A stretch of DNA of 64,000 bases from Variovorax sp. (GTDB lineage Bacteria > Pseudomonadota > Gammaproteobacteria > Burkholderiales > Burkholderiaceae_C): contig DATFFA010000097.1 in NCBI GenBank assembly GCA_035250605.1, positions 6,546 to 70,545 on the forward strand, given 5' to 3'. Position numbers and translations under genes: made by a program. The notes below the pieces were generated by a model that did no database searches, was not told the origin of the DNA, and was given only the letters and a program-made list of their open reading frames with translations. Of the stretch, positions 11,496-22,936 are shown piece by piece (the stretch's first letter is position 1; each line of letters begins with the position of its first letter).

Positions 11496-12152
11496 TCAGG
11501 GATTCCAGTGGAGGAAATTTCGGTAGAGCTGCAACCCATGGTCCGCACTCTTCTCCGGGTGGAACTGGGTGGCAAAAATGTTATCGCGTGCGACGGCAGC
11601 GGTAAAGCATGCCCCGTAATCGGCCTCGCCCACGCTGTGCCGGCTGTCGGCCGGCCGCGCATAGAAGCTGTGCACGAAATAAAAATAGCTCATGTCCGGC
11701 ACGCCCGCCCACACGGGGTGGGGCCGGGCCTGGTGCACCTGGTTCCAGCCCATCTGCGGCACCTTGAAGCGGCTGCCGTCGGGCTGCAGCCGGCCCGCCA
11801 GGTCGAACTTGACGACCTCGCCCGGAATCAGGCCGAGCCCGTCGGTCGGGCCTTCGTCGCTGCGCGACAGCAGCATCTGCATGCCCACGCACACGCCGAA
11901 GAGCGGCTTGCTCGCCGCGGCCTCGAGCACCGACTCCTGCAGGCCGGAGTCGCGCAGCTCGCGCATGCAGTCGGGCATCGCGCCCTGCCCCGGCAGCACC
12001 ACGCGGGTGGCCTTGCGCACCACCTCGGGGTCGGAGGTGACGAAGACCTGCACGCCCACCTGGTCGGCCGCGTGCTGCACGGCCTGCGAGACGGAGCGCA
12101 GGTTGCCCATGCCGTAGTCGACCACGGCGACGGTATTTGCTACAGATTTCAT
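11496..12152 (-). CDS. hisH: IGP synthase glutamine amidotransferase subunit
   Basis: [17 protein letters not shown] and QFHPEKS motifs. Confidence 0.96.
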
Positions 12153-12171
12153 AGCTTGGCGACGAGGACGT

Positions 12172-12795
12172 TCAGAGCGAACCCTTGGTCGATGGAATGA
12201 CGCCCACGGAGCGTGGATCGAGTTCGAGCGCGCCGCGCATCGCGCGCGCAAAGGCCTTGAACACGGTTTCGCACTGGTGGTGCGCATTGACGCCCTTGAG
12301 GTTGTCAATGTGCAGCGTGACGAAGGCGTGGTTGACGAAACCCTGGAAGAACTCGTAGGTGAGCTGGCTGTCGAAGGTGCCGATCATGCCGCTCGTAAAC
12401 GGCACGTGCATCACCAGGCCGGGGCGGCCCGAGAAGTCGATGACGACGCGGCTCAGCGCCTCGTCGAGCGGCACGTAGGCGTGGCCGTAGCGGCGGATGC
12501 CCTTCTTGTCGCCCACGGCCTTGGCCACCGCCTGGCCCAGCGTGATGCCCACGTCTTCCACCGTGTGGTGGCCGTCGATGTGCAGGTCGCCCTGGCAGTC
12601 GATCTCGAGGTCGATCAGGCCGTGGCGGGCGATCTGGTCGAGCATGTGGTCGAAAAAGCCGATGCCCGTGGAGAGCCTGGCCTTGCCCGTGCCGTCCAGG
12701 TTGACGCTGACGGTGATCTTGGTCTCGGCGGTGTTGCGGGTGACCGATGCGGTGCGATCGGCAGTGCCCGTGTCGGCTGTTTGGGGGGTGGTCAT
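12172..12795 (-). CDS. hisB: Imidazoleglycerol-phosphate dehydratase
   Basis: [14 protein letters not shown] and NAHHQCE motifs. Confidence 0.96.
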   Translation of the reverse strand: MTTPQTADTGTADRTASVTRNTAETKITVSVNLDGTGKARLSTGIGFFDHMLDQIARHGLIDLEIDCQGDLHIDGHHTVEDVGITLGQAVAKAVGDKKGIRRYGHAYVPLDEALSRVVIDFSGRPGLVMHVPFTSGMIGTFDSQLTYEFFQGFVNHAFVTLHIDNLKGVNAHHQCETVFKAFARAMRGALELDPRSVGVIPSTKGSL

Positions 12796-13883
12796 AGTGA
12801 GGCTTCGAGTGCCGCGAGCATCCGCGCATTCTCGTCGGCCGTTCCGACGGTGAGGCGCAGGCAGTTTGCGAGCAGTTCGTGCATTTTAGAAACGTTCTTC
12901 ACAAGAATCCCGCGCGCCTTCATGCCCTCGAAGGCCTTGGCGGCATCGGGCACGCGCACGAGGATCATGTTGGCATCGCTCGGCCAGGCTTTCACGCCCG
13001 CAAGGCGGCCCAATCCCATCATGAGGCGATGGCGCTCGTCGCGGATCTGCCGCGCCTGGGCCTCGAACACCTCGGCATGCTCGAGCGCGAACAGTGCGCA
13101 TTCGCAATTGAGCACGCTGATGTTGTAGGGCGGGCGCACCTTGTCGATCTGGGCGACCAGCGCGGCCGGGCCCATGAGGTAGCCGAGGCGGATGCCGGCC
13201 AGGCCGAACTTGCTGAGCGTGCGCATCAGCAGCACATGGCCATGCCGCGCGATGCGGTCGATGTAGCTCCTGGCCGCGAAGGGCTGGTAGGCCTCGTCGA
13301 TCACCACCAGGCCGCCCTGCTCGCCCTGGGCGAGCACGATCTTCTCGATGGCGGCATCGTCCCAGAGGTTGGCGGTGGGATTGTTCGGATACGCCAGGTA
13401 CACGATGGCCGGCTTCTCGCGCGCGATGGCGGCGAGCATGGCCGCCTCGTCGAGCTCGAAGTCGGCCGTGAGCGGCACGCCGACGAAGCGCAGGCCCTGC
13501 AGTTGCGCGCTCATCGCGTACATCACGAAGCCGGGCACGGGCGCGAGCACCGCGGCGCCGGGCGTGTCGCAGGCAATGGCGAGCAGCGAGATCAGTTCGT
13601 CGGAGCCGTTGCCCAGCATCAGCGAAAAGCCCTCGGGCATCTGCGCATGCGCGGCCAGCGCGCGCTGCAGGTCGGCGCCGCGTTCGCCCGGATAGCGGTT
13701 GAGCGCCAGCGCGCCGAGCCGCGCGCCAAGCTCGGCCTGCAGAGCGGGCGGCAGGCCGAAGGGGTTTTCCATGGCGTCGAGCTTGACGAAGCCGCGTGCA
13801 TCCTGCACCGCGTAGGCATGCATGGACTGCACGTCGGAGCGGATGCGGTCGATCGGGCGGGCGGCGGGGAAGGAAGATGTCAT
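12792..13883 (-). CDS. hisC: Histidinol-phosphate aminotransferase
   Basis: GNGSDE, PNNPT, DEAY and [15 protein letters not shown] motifs. Confidence 0.95.
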   Translation of the reverse strand: MTSSFPAARPIDRIRSDVQSMHAYAVQDARGFVKLDAMENPFGLPPALQAELGARLGALALNRYPGERGADLQRALAAHAQMPEGFSLMLGNGSDELISLLAIACDTPGAAVLAPVPGFVMYAMSAQLQGLRFVGVPLTADFELDEAAMLAAIAREKPAIVYLAYPNNPTANLWDDAAIEKIVLAQGEQGGLVVIDEAYQPFAARSYIDRIARHGHVLLMRTLSKFGLAGIRLGYLMGPAALVAQIDKVRPPYNISVLNCECALFALEHAEVFEAQARQIRDERHRLMMGLGRLAGVKAWPSDANMILVRVPDAAKAFEGMKARGILVKNVSKMHELLANCLRLTVGTADENARMLAALEASL

Positions 13884-14251
13884 CGGGTGCAGCGGTAGCT
13901 GTTTCTGAGGGCGCCGGCCATGACCAGTTGAACGGGCATGTCGGCTTCGTAGCTGTCGGCGTTGCGGGTCAGCTCTGTTTGATAGAGGGAGCGTGCCATC
14001 GCAGGCTCCAGGCGCCGGCCCTCGACGCAGAAGACCGGCTTCTGGCCGTTGCGCTGCGAGGCCTCCACGCCTTCGCGCAGGCCTTCGAGCACGCCGACGA
14101 GGTAGTAGCTCGCGTAGGCCTTGCCGTCCTTCTCGCTCGCTTCCAGCGTGCGCAGCTCGCGGATGCTCATGGCGTGCGCCGAGCCCGCAGCCGCGAGCGC
14201 CAGCAGCCATGCCGCCGCGCGCGAACGATGGAAAAAACGGCGTCGAGCCAT
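13880..14251 (-). CDS. Secreted small protein, possibly Rap1a/Tai-type immunity fold
   Basis: 123 aa, signal peptide ending AHA, pattern YLVGV...FC...LVMAGALRNSYRC; its stop overlaps the hisC start (ATGA). Confidence 0.6.
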   Translation of the reverse strand: MARRRFFHRSRAAAWLLALAAAGSAHAMSIRELRTLEASEKDGKAYASYYLVGVLEGLREGVEASQRNGQKPVFCVEGRRLEPAMARSLYQTELTRNADSYEADMPVQLVMAGALRNSYRCTR

Positions 14252-14283
14252 CTTGCGTTGCCCCTGTCCGCGGCCGGAGGGCT

Positions 14284-15654
14284 TCAGATCCTGCGCAGGC
14301 GCATGCGCGCCGCTTCGGCGTGCGCCTGCAGGCCTTCGCCTTCGGCCAGCGTGACGGCAATGGGGCCGAGCACCTGCGCGCCGGCTTCGCTCACTTCGAT
14401 GAGGCTCGAGCGCTTCTGGAAGTCGTACACGCCGAGCGGGCTCGAGAAGCGCGCGGTGCCGCTCGTGGGCAGCACGTGGTTGGGGCCCGCGCAGTAGTCG
14501 CCCAGGCTCTCGCTGGTGAAGGCGCCGAGGAAGATCGCGCCGGCGTGGCGCAGCAGCGGCTCCCAGCGCTGCGGCTCGCTGCTGCTCACCTCCAGGTGCT
14601 CCGGGGCGATGCGGTTGCTGATCTCGCAGGCCTCTTCCATGCTCTTCGTGTGAATGAGCGCGCCGCGGCCGTTGAGCGAAGCCGCGATGATTTCGGCGCG
14701 CGGCATGCCGGGCAGCAGGCGGTCGATTTCCGCCTGCACGCGGTCGATGTACGCGGCGTCGGGGCACAGCAGGATGCTCTGCGCGAGTTCGTCGTGCTCG
14801 GCCTGGCTGAACAGGTCCATTGCCACCCAGTCGGGCGGCGTGCTGCCATCGGCCAGCACGAGGATTTCGCTCGGGCCCGCGATCATGTCGATGCCCACGG
14901 TGCCGAACACGCGGCGCTTGGCGGCGGCCACGTAGGCATTGCCGGGGCCGGTGATCTTGTCGACCGCCGGGATGGTGGCCGTGCCGTAGGCCAGCGCGGC
15001 CACGGCCTGCGCGCCGCCAATCGTGAAGGCGCGCGTGACGCCCGCCACGTAGGCGGCGGCGAGCACCAGCACATTGCGCTCGCCCCTGGTGGACGACTGC
15101 CCGCCGGAGCCACCCGTGGCCACGCTGCCCTTCACGGGCGTGGGAACCACCATGATGATTTCGCCGACGCCCGCCACGTGCGCCGGAATGGCGTTCATCA
15201 ACAGGCTGGACGGATAGGCGGCCTTGCCGCCGGGCACGTAGATCCCCACGCGGTCGAGCGGCGTGACCTTCTGGCCCAGCAGCGTGCCGTCCACGTCGCG
15301 GTAGCTCCAGCTCTCGCCGCTGGCCTTCTTCTGCGCCTCGTGGTAGCTGCGCACGCGGTCGGCGGCGGCCTGCAGTGCATCGCGCTGAGAGGCAGGCAGC
15401 GAGTCGAAGGCTTCCTTGAAATCGGCCTGCGTCAGTTCGAGTTCCGGCACGGCCGCGGCACCGAGGCCATCGAAGCGGCGCGTGTACTCCAGCACCGCCT
15501 CGTCCCCGCGCTTGTGCACATCGGCCAGGATGTCGGCCACCACCTTCTCGATGGCCGCATCGGCATCCGCGGACCAATGCAGCCGCGCCTTGAATTCAGC
15601 ATCGAAGCCGGCTGAAGCCGTGGAGAGGCGGACGGGGGCTGCTTTCGGGGTCAT
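14284..15654 (-). CDS. hisD: Histidinol dehydrogenase
   Basis: [26 protein letters not shown] and [13 protein letters not shown] motifs. Confidence 0.97.
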   Translation of the reverse strand: MTPKAAPVRLSTASAGFDAEFKARLHWSADADAAIEKVVADILADVHKRGDEAVLEYTRRFDGLGAAAVPELELTQADFKEAFDSLPASQRDALQAAADRVRSYHEAQKKASGESWSYRDVDGTLLGQKVTPLDRVGIYVPGGKAAYPSSLLMNAIPAHVAGVGEIIMVVPTPVKGSVATGGSGGQSSTRGERNVLVLAAAYVAGVTRAFTIGGAQAVAALAYGTATIPAVDKITGPGNAYVAAAKRRVFGTVGIDMIAGPSEILVLADGSTPPDWVAMDLFSQAEHDELAQSILLCPDAAYIDRVQAEIDRLLPGMPRAEIIAASLNGRGALIHTKSMEEACEISNRIAPEHLEVSSSEPQRWEPLLRHAGAIFLGAFTSESLGDYCAGPNHVLPTSGTARFSSPLGVYDFQKRSSLIEVSEAGAQVLGPIAVTLAEGEGLQAHAEAARMRLRRI

Positions 15655-15665
15655 GTGCGTGAATT

Positions 15666-16303
15666 TCAGGCAGTGGGAATGGCCGACGCAAACGCGTCGA
15701 TGATGCGGCGGATCGGCTCGCGCTTGAGCTTGAGCGCGGCCTGGTTGACCACGAGGCGCGCGCTGATGTCCATGATGCGCTCGACCTCGACCAGGTGGTT
15801 GGCCTTGAGCGTGCTGCCGGTCGAGACCAGGTCGACGATGGCGTCGGCCAGGCCGGTGAGCGGCGCGAGCTCCATGCTGCCGTAGAGCTTGATCAGGTCG
15901 ACGTGCACGCCCTTGGTGGCGAAGAAGTCGCGCGCCAGGCCCACGTACTTGGTGGCGACGCGCAGGCGCGAGCCCTGCTTCACGGCCGAGGCGTAGTCGT
16001 AGTCGGCGCGCACCGCCACGCTGAGGCGGCAGGCCGCGATGCGCAGGTCCAGCGGCTGGTACATGCCCTGGTTGCCGTTTTCCAGCAGCACGTCCAGGCC
16101 GGTCACGCCGAGGTCGGCGCCGCCGTACTGCACATAGGTGGGCACGTCGGAAGCGCGCACCAGCACCACGCGCACGTCGGGCCGGGTGGTGGCCAGGATC
16201 AGCTTGCGCGATTTTTCGGGGTCTTCGGTGACCTCGATGCCGGCGGCGGCCAGCAGCGGCATCGTCTCTTCGAAGATGCGGCCCTTCGAGAGCGCCAGGG
16301 TGA

Positions 16304-16307
<4 letters not shown>
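15666..16307 (-). CDS. hisG: ATP phosphoribosyltransferase, short form
   Basis: ALSKGRI, VATKY and [11 protein letters not shown] motifs; 213 aa. Confidence 0.95.
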
Positions 16308-17593
<1,286 letters not shown>

Positions 17594-17630
17594 CGAATTT
17601 CCAGCGAATCAGGGCCCGGGGGCCGGAGAG

Positions 17631-17873
17631 TTATTTTTCCAACGCCGCCCATTCGGCCGGCGTGTAGGTCTTCATCGAGAGCGCATGCACCTCGTCGGTA
17701 TGCATTTTCGCACCCAGGGTCGCGTAGACCCGCTGATGGCGCTGAATCGCGCGCTTGCCCTCGAATTCGGCCGAGACGATGGTGGCGTACCAATGCCGGC
17801 CGTCGCCTTCGAGCGTGATGTGCTCGCAGGGAAGGTGGGACTGGATCAGGGCCTGGAGTTGTTCGGCGGTCAT
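17631..17873 (-). CDS. ibaG: BolA/IbaG family protein
   Basis: GDGRHW...FEGKRAIQRHQRVY...HALS; directly upstream of murA. Confidence 0.85.
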   Translation of the reverse strand: MTAEQLQALIQSHLPCEHITLEGDGRHWYATIVSAEFEGKRAIQRHQRVYATLGAKMHTDEVHALSMKTYTPAEWAALEK

Positions 17874-17892
17874 GGGGGTCTGGAAAAAGCGG

Positions 17893-18657
17893 TCAACCGC
17901 GGATTTTGTAGCCGATGCGCAGCAGGTGGACGGCGATGGCGCTCACCACCAGCCACGCGGCGCCGACGATGCCCAGGCTCAGCCAGGGCGAGGCGTCGCT
18001 CACGCCGAAGAAGCCGTAGCGGAAGCCGTCGATCATGTAGAAGAACGGGTTCAGGTGGCTCACGCCCTGCCAGAACGGCGGCAGCGAGCCGATCGAATAG
18101 AAAACGCCCGAGAGAAAGGTCATGGGCATGATCAGGAAGTTCTGGAACACCGCCATCTGGTCGAACTTCTCGGCCCAGAGCCCGGCAATGAGCCCCAGGG
18201 TGCCGAGCATGGCAGAGCCCAGCAGCGCGAACACCAGGATCCAGAGCGGCGCCACGAAGCTCGGCATCGCGAAGAACATGGTGACCAGGAACACGCCCAG
18301 CCCCACGGCCAGCCCGCGGATCACCGACGAGCCCACGTAGGCGAAGAACCAGCCCCAGTGCGACAGCGGCGTGAGCAGCACGAACACCAGGTTGCCCATG
18401 ATCTTGCTCTGGATGATCGACGACGAGCTGTTGGCGAAGGCGTTCTGCAGCACGCTCATCATCACGAGGCCCGGCACCAGGAAGGCGGTGTAGCCGACCG
18501 AGCCGTAGACCTTCACGTGGTCTTCGAGCACGTGGCCGAACACCATCAGGTAGAGCAGCGCGGTGAGCACCGGCGCGCCGACGGTCTGGAAGCCGACCTT
18601 CCAGAAGCGCAGCGTTTCCTTGTAGAGCAGCGCGCGCCACCCGGTAACCGCCATCAT
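17893..18657 (-). CDS. ABC-2 type permease (YadH-like)
   Basis: KETLRF, FANSSSS, FLSGVFYS and NPFFYMIDGFRYG motifs. Confidence 0.9.
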   Translation of the reverse strand: MMAVTGWRALLYKETLRFWKVGFQTVGAPVLTALLYLMVFGHVLEDHVKVYGSVGYTAFLVPGLVMMSVLQNAFANSSSSIIQSKIMGNLVFVLLTPLSHWGWFFAYVGSSVIRGLAVGLGVFLVTMFFAMPSFVAPLWILVFALLGSAMLGTLGLIAGLWAEKFDQMAVFQNFLIMPMTFLSGVFYSIGSLPPFWQGVSHLNPFFYMIDGFRYGFFGVSDASPWLSLGIVGAAWLVVSAIAVHLLRIGYKIRG

Positions 18658-18743
18658 AGGGCCCCCTTGCTCGGCACTGCGTGTCCTCGCGTCCCCCCGA
18701 GGGGGAGCTTCGCTTGCTTGGGGCGGCCCGGCGCGGCGCTCAT
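18654..18743 (-). repeat. GC-rich REP/MITE-like element flanked by ATGA direct repeats, encoding a 29-aa mini-ORF
   Basis: ATGAGCGCCGCGCCGGGCCGCCCCAAGCAAG...CCCCCTCGGGGGG...GAGCAAGGGGGCCCTATGA; shares motifs with the element at 25370-25528. Confidence 0.65.
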
Positions 18744-19687
18744 CTCGCCACCTCCAGCGGCGTCTGCTCGCCCGCCATCAGGTCGATGAACACGTCTTCC
18801 AGGTCGGCCTTGCGCATTTCCACGTCTTCCACCGCGACGCCGGCTTCGCGGATCGCGGCCAGCAGTTGTTCGACTTCATGCGCGTTCTGCGCCGGCAGCT
18901 GCACGATGCGCCCGGTGATGCGCGCGTGCTGGGCGATGGCCCAGGGCAGCATGGCGTCGGTCTTGAAGCGCAGCACGTTGCTGGCGGCCGACTTCAAGAG
19001 CTCGCTGGTGCGGTCCAGGGCGATCACCTTGCCGAGCTTGAGCATCGCGATGCGGCTGCACAGCGCCTCGGCCTCTTCGAGGTAATGGGTGGTCAGCAGC
19101 ACGGTGCTGCCCTCCTTGTTGAGCCTGGCGACGAACTGCCAGAGCGTCTGGCGCAACTCGACGTCGACCCCGGCGGTGGGCTCGTCCAGAACGATCACGG
19201 GCGGCTTGTGCACCAGCGCCTGCGCCACCAGCACCCGGCGCTTCATGCCGCCCGAGAGCTGGCGCATGTTGGCCGTGGCCTTGTCGGCCAGGCCCAGGCT
19301 TTGCAGCAGCTCGTCGATCCAGGGCTCGTTGTTCTTGATGCCGAAGTAGCCCGACTGGATGCGCAGCGATTCGCGCACGTTGAAGAAAGGGTCGAACACC
19401 AGCTCCTGCGGCACGATGCCGAGCTGGCGCCGGGCCTCGGCATAGTCGCGCTGCACGTCGAAGCCATGGACGCTGATGGCGCCGGCCGTGGGGCGGGACA
19501 GCCCGGCGAGCATGCTGATGAGCGTGGTCTTGCCCGCGCCATTCGGCCCGAGCAGGCCGAAGAACTCGCCCGGCTCGATCTGGAAGCTGACCTCGTCGAC
19601 GGCGCGCAGCCCCTGCTTGCCTTGGGCCCGCTGCTGTCTGGAGGGAGGGTAGGTCTTGGAGACCGATTGGAATGAGATCGCGGGCAT
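18740..19687 (-). CDS. ABC transporter ATP-binding protein (YadG-like)
   Basis: GPNGAGKTT, LSGGMKRR and LDEPTAGVD motifs. Confidence 0.92.
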   Translation of the reverse strand: MPAISFQSVSKTYPPSRQQRAQGKQGLRAVDEVSFQIEPGEFFGLLGPNGAGKTTLISMLAGLSRPTAGAISVHGFDVQRDYAEARRQLGIVPQELVFDPFFNVRESLRIQSGYFGIKNNEPWIDELLQSLGLADKATANMRQLSGGMKRRVLVAQALVHKPPVIVLDEPTAGVDVELRQTLWQFVARLNKEGSTVLLTTHYLEEAEALCSRIAMLKLGKVIALDRTSELLKSAASNVLRFKTDAMLPWAIAQHARITGRIVQLPAQNAHEVEQLLAAIREAGVAVEDVEMRKADLEDVFIDLMAGEQTPLEVAR

Positions 19688-19774
19688 GGGAGCCGGCGAT
19701 TTTACGGGCCCGCCCCGCGGGCCGCTTGGCGGCGGCCGGATGCCCTGACGCGGCCGCTGCCGGGCCGCCGGCGA

Positions 19775-20047
19775 TCAGGGCGCTGCCGGCAGAAGCCCCG
19801 CGATACCGTAGAGCGCGGCCAGTTCGCGCAGCCGCGGCGAAAGCCCCTTGACCGCGAAGCCCCGGCCGAGCGCGCTCGATTCGCGGCGGCACTCCAGCAG
19901 CACCGCCAATGCCGAGGAATCGAACTGCGCCAGCGCGCTGGCGTCCACCACCGTGGATGTGTCGGTCTGCCCCGTCAGCCCCTGCTGCAGCATGCGCATG
20001 CAGGCCGGGGCTTCGTCGTGGGTGAGTTTGGAGGGCAGGACCAGCAT
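19775..20047 (-). CDS. mlaB: STAS domain protein MlaB
   Basis: DASALAQFDSSALAVLL; mla operon context. Confidence 0.85.
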   Translation of the reverse strand: MLVLPSKLTHDEAPACMRMLQQGLTGQTDTSTVVDASALAQFDSSALAVLLECRRESSALGRGFAVKGLSPRLRELAALYGIAGLLPAAP

Positions 20048-20051
20048 GGCG

Positions 20052-20711
20052 TCAGCTCTTGCCGTTGTTGCCCTTGTTGCGCGCCGCCAGCGCTGCAATC
20101 AGGCCGTCGATGCCGCGGGCGTTGATTTCCTGCGAGAACTGGGTGCGGTAAGTGTCGACCAGCCAGACGCCCAGCACATTGAGGTTGTAGACCTTCCAGC
20201 CGCCGCCCTGGCCGGGCGTTTTCTCGAGCCGGTAGTCGAGCTGCACCGGATCGCCGCGGCCCTTGACCTCGGTGCGAACCAGCACTTCGGTGTCTTCAGG
20301 CGAACCGCGGAACGGACGGACCGAGACCGTCTGGTCGCTCACCTGGTCGAGCGCGCCGGCGTAGGTGCGCACCAGCAGGGTCTTGAATTCTTCCTGCAGC
20401 CGCTTTTGCTGCTCCGGCGTGGCCTGGCGCCATGCCGGGCCGACGGCGGAAGCCGTCATGCGCTGGAAGTTGACGTTGGGCATGATCTTGCTGTCGACCA
20501 GCACCATGATCTTGCTGACGTCGCCTGCCTTGATGGAGGTGTCGGCCTTGATGGTTTCGAGCACATCAGTGGACAAGCGCTTGACCAGCGCATCGGGCGC
20601 TTCGTCGGCGGCATGGGCCGGACGCACAAAAGCCGTGGCGGCGCCGAAGAGCAGGGCGCTGGCCAGCACCAGGCGGCCAAAGCCGCGTCGTTGCAAGATC
20701 TTGTTGTTCAT
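20052..20711 (-). CDS. mlaC: Phospholipid-binding protein MlaC
   Basis: FKTLLVRTY and WKVYNLNVLGVWLV..YRTQF motifs. Confidence 0.92.
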   Translation of the reverse strand: MNNKILQRRGFGRLVLASALLFGAATAFVRPAHAADEAPDALVKRLSTDVLETIKADTSIKAGDVSKIMVLVDSKIMPNVNFQRMTASAVGPAWRQATPEQQKRLQEEFKTLLVRTYAGALDQVSDQTVSVRPFRGSPEDTEVLVRTEVKGRGDPVQLDYRLEKTPGQGGGWKVYNLNVLGVWLVDTYRTQFSQEINARGIDGLIAALAARNKGNNGKS

Positions 20712-20778
20712 GGCATTCCCTTCGAGTTGAAAATCCGCAAGGCGCAATGGAAGCCGCGCCTGCTGGAAAAAGAACGTG

Positions 20779-20807
20779 TTCGACAGGTCCCCGGCCGACC
20801 GGGTTCC
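20779..20807 (-). promoter_or_regulatory. Candidate sigmaE (RpoE) promoter upstream of mlaC
   Basis: GGAACC-N17-GTCGAA on the minus strand in the mlaA-mlaC spacer. Confidence 0.5.
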
Positions 20808-20896
20808 TGAAGCGCAGGTGAAGCCTTGAAACGGGATGCAAGCGGAAAACCGCCTGTCTGTCCGCGAAAAGCCTCTATTCCGCGCCTTTTTGTGCT

Positions 20897-21643
20897 TTAT
20901 TTCCCGCCTTCGTCGTCAGGCGGATTGCCGTCGTAGACGTCGTTGCGGCGGTGCTGCAGGAAGGCGTCGCGCGTGAAGGTGTACTTGTCGAGCGCCGCAT
21001 CATCGAGCAGGCGGCCGGCGCGCAGGTACTTCGCCCGCGTATCGACCGCCTCCAGGAATGCCAGCGAATTGCGCCAGGCCACGTCGTTCATGTTGCCGAG
21101 CACGCTGCCGGCGCGGTCCACCGGCAATGCGGCCGTGTCGCGCAGGGTCGACGGGCCGAACACCGGCAGCACCACGTACGGGCCGGCGCCCACGCCCCAG
21201 CGGCCGAGCGTCTGGCCGAAATCTTCCTCGTGGCGGTCGATGCCCGCTTCGGTGGCGATGTCGAGAAGGCCGCCAAGGCCGAACAAGGTGTTGACGTTGA
21301 CCCGCATGAAGGTCTCGGCGCTGTTCTGCAGCTTGAGCTGGGCCACGCTGTTGGCAAAGCTCCAGACGTCACCCAGGTTGCCGAAGAAATTGCTCACGCC
21401 GGTGCGCACCATGGAAGGCAGCACGCGCTGATAAGCAGTGGCCACGGGCACGAGCACGGCCTCGTCGACCGTGTCGTTGAAGCGGGTGACGCCCCGGTTC
21501 ATCGGCTCGAAAGGATCGGCCGGATTGGCCCCGGGGCCGGTCGCGCATCCTGCAATGAGCGAAAAAACGGCTGCAGCACCCGCCCAGCGGGCATGTTTCG
21601 CCATGTTATTTATAGCGAAGGACGAAAAAAAGCTTGATTTCAT
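20897..21643 (-). CDS. mlaA: MlaA/VacJ lipoprotein
   Basis: Lipobox IAGC; DPFEPMNR, EDFGQTLG and GPSTLRD motifs. Confidence 0.93.
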   Translation of the reverse strand: MKSSFFSSFAINNMAKHARWAGAAAVFSLIAGCATGPGANPADPFEPMNRGVTRFNDTVDEAVLVPVATAYQRVLPSMVRTGVSNFFGNLGDVWSFANSVAQLKLQNSAETFMRVNVNTLFGLGGLLDIATEAGIDRHEEDFGQTLGRWGVGAGPYVVLPVFGPSTLRDTAALPVDRAGSVLGNMNDVAWRNSLAFLEAVDTRAKYLRAGRLLDDAALDKYTFTRDAFLQHRRNDVYDGNPPDDEGGK

Positions 21644-22131
21644 TTCTTGTTGGCTGTTCCCGGCGTCGAGGTATTTCCTTCGGCCGCCTTGCTGTAGAGG
21701 AACTGGCTGATCAGGTTTTCCAGCACCACGGCCGATTGGGTCGAGGTGACGGTGTCGCCGGCTTGCAGGTTCTTCTCCTCGGCGCCCGCCTCGATTCCGA
21801 TGTACTGCTCGCCGAGCAGGCCACTGGTCAGGATCTTGAGGGAGCTGTCCTTGGGGAAACTGTAACGGCTCTCCAACGCGAGCGTGACGCTGGCCTGGAA
21901 ATTCTTGTCGTCGAACGTGATCGATTCGACACGGCCGACCACCACGCCCGCGCTCTTGACGGCCGTCTGCGGCTTCAGCCCGCCGATGTTGTCGAAGCGG
22001 GCGGTGACGGCGTAGGTCTTCTGGAAATTCAGGCTCAGCAGATTGGCGGACTGCAGCGCGAGGAACAGCAGCGCTGCCGCGCCGATGAGCACGAACAGGC
22101 CGACCCAGACGTCGATCTTGGAACGTTGCAT
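21640..22131 (-). CDS. mlaD: MlaD (MCE domain)
   Basis: FDNIGGLK and TSGLLGEQY motifs. Confidence 0.95.
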   Translation of the reverse strand: MQRSKIDVWVGLFVLIGAAALLFLALQSANLLSLNFQKTYAVTARFDNIGGLKPQTAVKSAGVVVGRVESITFDDKNFQASVTLALESRYSFPKDSSLKILTSGLLGEQYIGIEAGAEEKNLQAGDTVTSTQSAVVLENLISQFLYSKAAEGNTSTPGTANKK

Positions 22132-22153
22132 GGAGTGCCTTTGCCTTTGCTTT

Positions 22154-22936
22154 CTAGATACTGAACATCATGGCGGTGAGCAGGAAGTCGAGCCCCAGCA
22201 CCGCGAGGGAGGCGACGACCACCGTGCGGGTGGTGGCGCGCGACACGCCCTCGGGCGTCGGCTGGGCCTCGAAACCCTGCAGCAGCGCGATGAAGGTCAC
22301 GGTGAAGCCGAAGACGATGCTCTTGACCACGCCGTTGCCCACGTCGCGCCACACATCGACCCCGCTCTGCATCTGGCCCCAGAAGGCGCCCGGGTCGACG
22401 CCCAGCATCAGCACGCCGACCACCCAGCCGCCGATCACGCCGACCGCGCTGAAGACGGCCGCCAAGAGCGGCATGGTGATCACGCCAGCCCAGAAGCGCG
22501 GCGCCAGGATGCGCTGCACCGGGTCCACGGCCATCATCTCCATGGCGCTCAGCTGCTCCCCGGCTTTCATGAGGCCGATCTCCGCGGTCAGCGAGGTGCC
22601 CGCGCGGCCCGCGAAGAGCAGGGCCGAGACCACGGGGCCGAGCTCGCGTACCAGGCTCAGCGCCACCAGCAGGCCCAGCGCTTCGGAGGAGCCGTAGCGC
22701 TGCAGCGTGTAATAGCCCTGCAGCCCGAGCACGAAGCCGACGAAGAGGCCGGAGACCGCGATGATCGCCAGCGAATAGTTGCCGAGAAAGTGGACCTGGT
22801 CGCGCACCAGGCCGAAGCGGCGCAGGCTGCGCGCGCCGCGCAGCGTGAGGCGCAGGAACAGGCGTGCGCCCATGCCGAGATCGCTCAGCTTGGAGCGCGC
22901 GGCGAATCCCAGATCGGCAGGCCGATACCAGCTCAT
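22154..22936 (-). CDS. mlaE: MlaE permease
   Basis: RELGPV, AGRAGTSLTAEIG and GVSRATTRTVV motifs. Confidence 0.95.
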   Translation of the reverse strand: MSWYRPADLGFAARSKLSDLGMGARLFLRLTLRGARSLRRFGLVRDQVHFLGNYSLAIIAVSGLFVGFVLGLQGYYTLQRYGSSEALGLLVALSLVRELGPVVSALLFAGRAGTSLTAEIGLMKAGEQLSAMEMMAVDPVQRILAPRFWAGVITMPLLAAVFSAVGVIGGWVVGVLMLGVDPGAFWGQMQSGVDVWRDVGNGVVKSIVFGFTVTFIALLQGFEAQPTPEGVSRATTRTVVVASLAVLGLDFLLTAMMFSI

